From an uncultured Pseudomonadota bacterium (lineage in GTDB: Bacteria > Oederibacteriota > Muellerivitia > Muellerivitales > Muellerivitaceae): a stretch of DNA of 64,000 nt. The notes under the pieces were generated by a model. The model was not told where the DNA came from. It worked only from the letters and a program-made list of their open reading frames with translations, and did no database searches. The position numbers and the translations under genes were made by a program. Location of the stretch: assembly GCA_963843375.1 (NCBI GenBank), contig CAWJKT010000004.1, positions 160,001 through 224,000 of the forward strand, given 5' to 3'. Shown here piece by piece: positions 60,675-64,000 of the stretch. Every line of letters begins with the position of its first letter. Within the stretch, counting starts at the first letter, position 1.

Positions 60675-60871
60675 AACTAGGATTCTAACAGGCTCCTCCC
60701 GGGTCAGGATGGCGGAGTGGTCTTTTTCCCGGGGTTGGGGCAGGTTAATTTTGGCCCTTTAATAATTGGAAATAATTTTTTTATGGAATTTCCACAATGT
60801 TGAAGTAGGGTAACATTAAAGAAACTTAATCAGGAATTTAACCGTCTATAAAATCGACTAATCTTGAATTT

Positions 60872-62125
60872 GTGGCCACCGTAATTAAACAAGGAATATT
60901 TTCCAATGCCTGCCTCAATCATGAAGGGATTATTCAATTGAGAATCACCTTAAATCGATCACTTGTTTTGGGTTCGATGTTTTTCGCCTCTTTCGGCCCG
61001 GCCTGGGCCCAACAAACAGAAAATGCTCAGAAATATCTGGCCGCTGCTGCCAAAGCCTATCAGGCAGGAGAACTGGAAACGGCCACTCAATATTATCAAG
61101 ACGCCATCAAGCTCGATCCGAAATCCGCCGCCGCTTACCAGGGATTGGGCAGTTGTTATTATCGTCTAAGCCGTGTACCGCAAGCCTTGAAGGCTTTTGA
61201 CCAATCCCTCGCCCTGAAACCGAACAATCCCAAGCTAATCGACTTTGTCCGAGGACTACGTGATGGCGCCGCCCCCTCCACCGAGTTGGCCAGTGAAGGG
61301 GAAAAAGAAGAAATCCAGAAAGATGTGAATGATATTGAAACTGAGATGTTCCGCCCCAATTGGACGGGACAATTGGAATTGAGCCGTTCGAGTCAACCTT
61401 CCCAAACGGGGCAGGGACAGGTCCAGACCGAATTAGATTTAACTGGAACAGATCACCTCACCGAAAGCGGGCATTATTTTTCCGTCGGTGGAGGCGTGGG
61501 GAGGCAAAAGCAGGAAGGGGCTTCCCCCGATTATGGGAAAGCGACATTCGAAGGGGGCTTGGGGTTTGGTATTTTCCTGCCGTCGCTGAATGTCCAAATG
61601 GAACGGGGCCAAACGGCGCTCAATTCCAACACCTTGACGGCGAACCTGAACTTCCAGGTGTTGGAGCCCCTCACCGTAGGGATGAGTTTTAGCGGAACAT
61701 TCGAGAGCCACGACGGTCCCGCTTCCCTGGTCGGCGCTACTGCAGTGACGTTAGCGGATACGACAGTGGAAATTGACAGCCGGGATGGATCGGGAAGCCT
61801 GATGGTTGAATATAATCCCTGGGACTTTCTGGGTTTTACCCTTACGGGCGAGCAAGAATACGACGACACCTACCAAGTCCAAGGCGTGAGACATCTAAAG
61901 ACGGTTGCGCTCAATGAACAAGACCAAATCAACTCACTTAGCTTTATGGTGGATTGGACCTTCTTGAAAGATTTCGAATTGCAGGTGACAGGGCAAACCG
62001 GGGTTGAAAATTTACCCGCAGGGACGGTCTATAGCCCGATCCAGGCGGAAACTATCACGCTTACCCAACCCACCAACGAGCCCTTCAAGGGATATACTTT
62101 CGCGCTCTTATATAACTTTGATTGA
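60872..62125 (+). CDS. TPR-containing secreted protein with probable C-terminal beta-barrel (start uncertain)
   Basis: YQDAIKLDP..AYQGLGSCYY..ALALKP TPRs; alternating strands ending LLYNFD. Confidence 0.65.
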   Translation: MATVIKQGIFSNACLNHEGIIQLRITLNRSLVLGSMFFASFGPAWAQQTENAQKYLAAAAKAYQAGELETATQYYQDAIKLDPKSAAAYQGLGSCYYRLSRVPQALKAFDQSLALKPNNPKLIDFVRGLRDGAAPSTELASEGEKEEIQKDVNDIETEMFRPNWTGQLELSRSSQPSQTGQGQVQTELDLTGTDHLTESGHYFSVGGGVGRQKQEGASPDYGKATFEGGLGFGIFLPSLNVQMERGQTALNSNTLTANLNFQVLEPLTVGMSFSGTFESHDGPASLVGATAVTLADTTVEIDSRDGSGSLMVEYNPWDFLGFTLTGEQEYDDTYQVQGVRHLKTVALNEQDQINSLSFMVDWTFLKDFELQVTGQTGVENLPAGTVYSPIQAETITLTQPTNEPFKGYTFALLYNFD

Positions 62126-62264
62126 GCGCGGGGTCTGTTCCTTTCGAAAAGAGATTTTTGATGGGTTTTTTCTCTGAAAAACGGGGCAAGGGCCTGGGAA
62201 ACATTTAAAGGTCCTGATTCGTCGAAAAAATAAGATGTATTCAACTTTGTTGGAGGGAGCAATT

Positions 62265-62753
62265 ATGAAAAAGTTAGCTTTGCTGTCCATGATGGTGTTG
62301 TTCATGGGGACCGGCTCATTGGCCTTGGCCCAAACGACGGCCCCGGCCGCAGTCGATCATCCCCATCCAAGAATCAAGGAAGTGCACGCCCGTATGCACC
62401 TTCAAATGCAAAGGATCGAAGCGGGGGTCAAGTCCGGAAAACTCACCAAGGATCAGGCCGATGCTTTGATCGCCTCGCTAAAAGCAGTCAAAGAACAAAT
62501 GGAGGCTGATTTTACCACGAACGGCAAAAGGGAACTCACGGATGACCAATTGGCTCAGTTGAACCAAATGCTGGACGCGAATTCCAAGGCCATTTTCGGG
62601 GAGAAACATGATACCGGACCCGCCGCTCCCGCCAGTGGCTCATCTTCAACGGGAACTTCTTCTGATTCTTCCTCTACGGGGAGTTCATCGACGGGATCTT
62701 CCTCAACGGGTTCCTCTTCTACAGGGTCAACCAGTGCGGCGCCAAGCAACTAA
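62265..62753 (+). CDS. Secreted helical protein with Ser/Thr-rich (SSTGS)n tail
   Basis: SD GGAGGG, signal peptide, RI..GVKSGKLT motif, C-terminal SSTGS repeats. Confidence 0.8.
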   Translation: MKKLALLSMMVLFMGTGSLALAQTTAPAAVDHPHPRIKEVHARMHLQMQRIEAGVKSGKLTKDQADALIASLKAVKEQMEADFTTNGKRELTDDQLAQLNQMLDANSKAIFGEKHDTGPAAPASGSSSTGTSSDSSSTGSSSTGSSSTGSSSTGSTSAAPSN

Positions 62754-62772
62754 AAGCACGGTTATTTTTGAA

Positions 62773-62812
62773 AAAAAGCCGGGTGGCAATCGAGCCCCCG
62801 GCTTTTTGTTTT
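62773..62812 (+). terminator. Intrinsic terminator, possibly bidirectional
   Basis: AAAAAGCCGGG-T-GGC / GCC-CCCGGCTTTTT stem followed by GTTTT. Confidence 0.85.
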
Positions 62813-62822
62813 ATACCTTCAT

Positions 62823-64000
62823 GTGGTTTCTTGGATTTATGACAAACCTAACAAAGACAGCAATGCGACACTTTTGACACAAATTTGTCGTCCAAACCTT
62901 GAAGTTTTATCCACTGGTGGGAATATTGTTTCAAATCGATTCGTTCTTAAGGTAGGGCTTATGTTCGTTCCTCTGGGTTTATTCTTTTTTACCCTCTTCT
63001 TCTACCTGCGTACTTTGTGCGCAACCTTTAACATCAACGATTCGGGCGAAACCATTATGGACTGCGATCTTTTGGCTCTGGCTCATTCGCCCGGATATCC
63101 CCTTCATACCCTCCTGGGGAGACTTTTCTGCTTGATGCCTTTAGGCCAGCCCATGTTCCGACTGACTCTTGGTTCGGCTTTAATGGGAGCCTTTTCGGTG
63201 ACAATGATTTACTTTATCCTGCGGAAAACTTTTAAGAATATCGATGGATCTTTTTTTTCCGAAGCGGAGGCAACGAGGTCTTGGATTTGGGAAACCCCGT
63301 CCCTTTTCGGCGCTTTGGTCTTCGCTTTTTCCTATCAGCATTGGTTCCAATCCTGCGGGGCTAAGGGAAGCATCTACACTTTGAATACCCTCTTGGCGGT
63401 GATGACCCTTTTTCTTCTCTTAAAGATGAGGGAATCGGGCTGGTTTATCCGGGGGTTTTGGTTGTCGGCGCTTTTCCTGGGAATGGGTTTATCCGTCCAT
63501 TGGGAAACCCAGGTAGTCCTCCTTCCCGCCTATGCCTGGTTTCTCCTGGAGGCGCAAAAGCGGGTGGCAGTCGGGGAACTTTTTCGCAACCTATTGAGGC
63601 CCTTTGACCTTTGGGACAGGTTTCGCGGGCTCGCCGAACGCTTTTGGGGGTAAGCCCCCGCTGGTCCGGGCCGCCACCTTTTTGCTTATGCCCCTTTCCA
63701 CTTACCTCTACCTGCCTATCCGGGCCCACGGAAATCCCGTTCTGAATTGGTGGAATCCAGGGAGCTTCAGCCGATTCCTGACAGTCATTCTTCGGGGCAA
63801 TTACGCGGGCATTGGTGATCCCCGGTCGCTGGTGACTTTTCACCGGAACTTGGCGCGTTTTTGGCTTCATGCCCATGACCAATACGGCGCCTGGCTTACC
63901 GGGATTCTTTTTCTTTTGGCGGTGGCGGGCTTGGCATGGCTTTACCGGATGCAGAAGGTCCAGGCCATCGGGTTCCTGTTGTTTGGCGGATCAGTCTTCA
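62823..64000 (+). CDS. DUF2723 (TMEM260-like) membrane glycosyltransferase; one extra base near 63645; runs off window; start uncertain
   Basis: DSGE..LAHSPGYPL, GLSVHW; shifted frame continues YLYLPIRAHGNPVLNWWNP..RGNY open to 64000. Confidence 0.8.

Noticed and set aside
1..64000. CRISPR array, rRNA, IS transposase
   Set aside because: No regularly spaced repeats, rRNA-like segments or transposase motifs were seen

Overview
Bacterial chromosomal window with no prophage, transposase, integrase, reverse transcriptase or CRISPR array visible. Housekeeping genes are ispH, addAB-like helicase/nuclease, a CDF metal exporter, hpnCDE, tRNA-Val(CAC), an SRAP protein, nadE, queD, erpA/iscA, a lipoyl ligase, lpdA, an ABC-2 exporter, prfC and gcvT. 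They are interleaved with a large cell-envelope modification gene set: (i) eight ~680-740 aa paralogous GT-C-type (PMT/ArnT-like) membrane proteins with a helical TPR-like C-terminus, six of them threaded through and downstream of hpnCDE; (ii) an acylation operon of SGNH protein, a 40-aa DltX-like micro-ORF ending FIYVDF (absent from the ORF track), MBOAT, NHL-propeller/SGNH fusion and a secreted protein; (iii) two more NHL-SGNH paralogs; (iv) a tandemly duplicated two-gene cassette (Pro/Thr-rich secreted protein plus TraF-like barrel); (v) a DUF2723 (TMEM260-like) gene next to Ser/Thr-rich secreted proteins. Smaller observations: twin CxxC-x18-CxxC microproteins, an orphan Avd-like four-helix bundle, a pseudo-phosphoesterase, recurrent leaderless-type promoters and an inverted-repeat element. 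At least six genes are broken by small indels, most likely consensus sequencing errors. All family assignments come from motif recognition by eye, not database searches.
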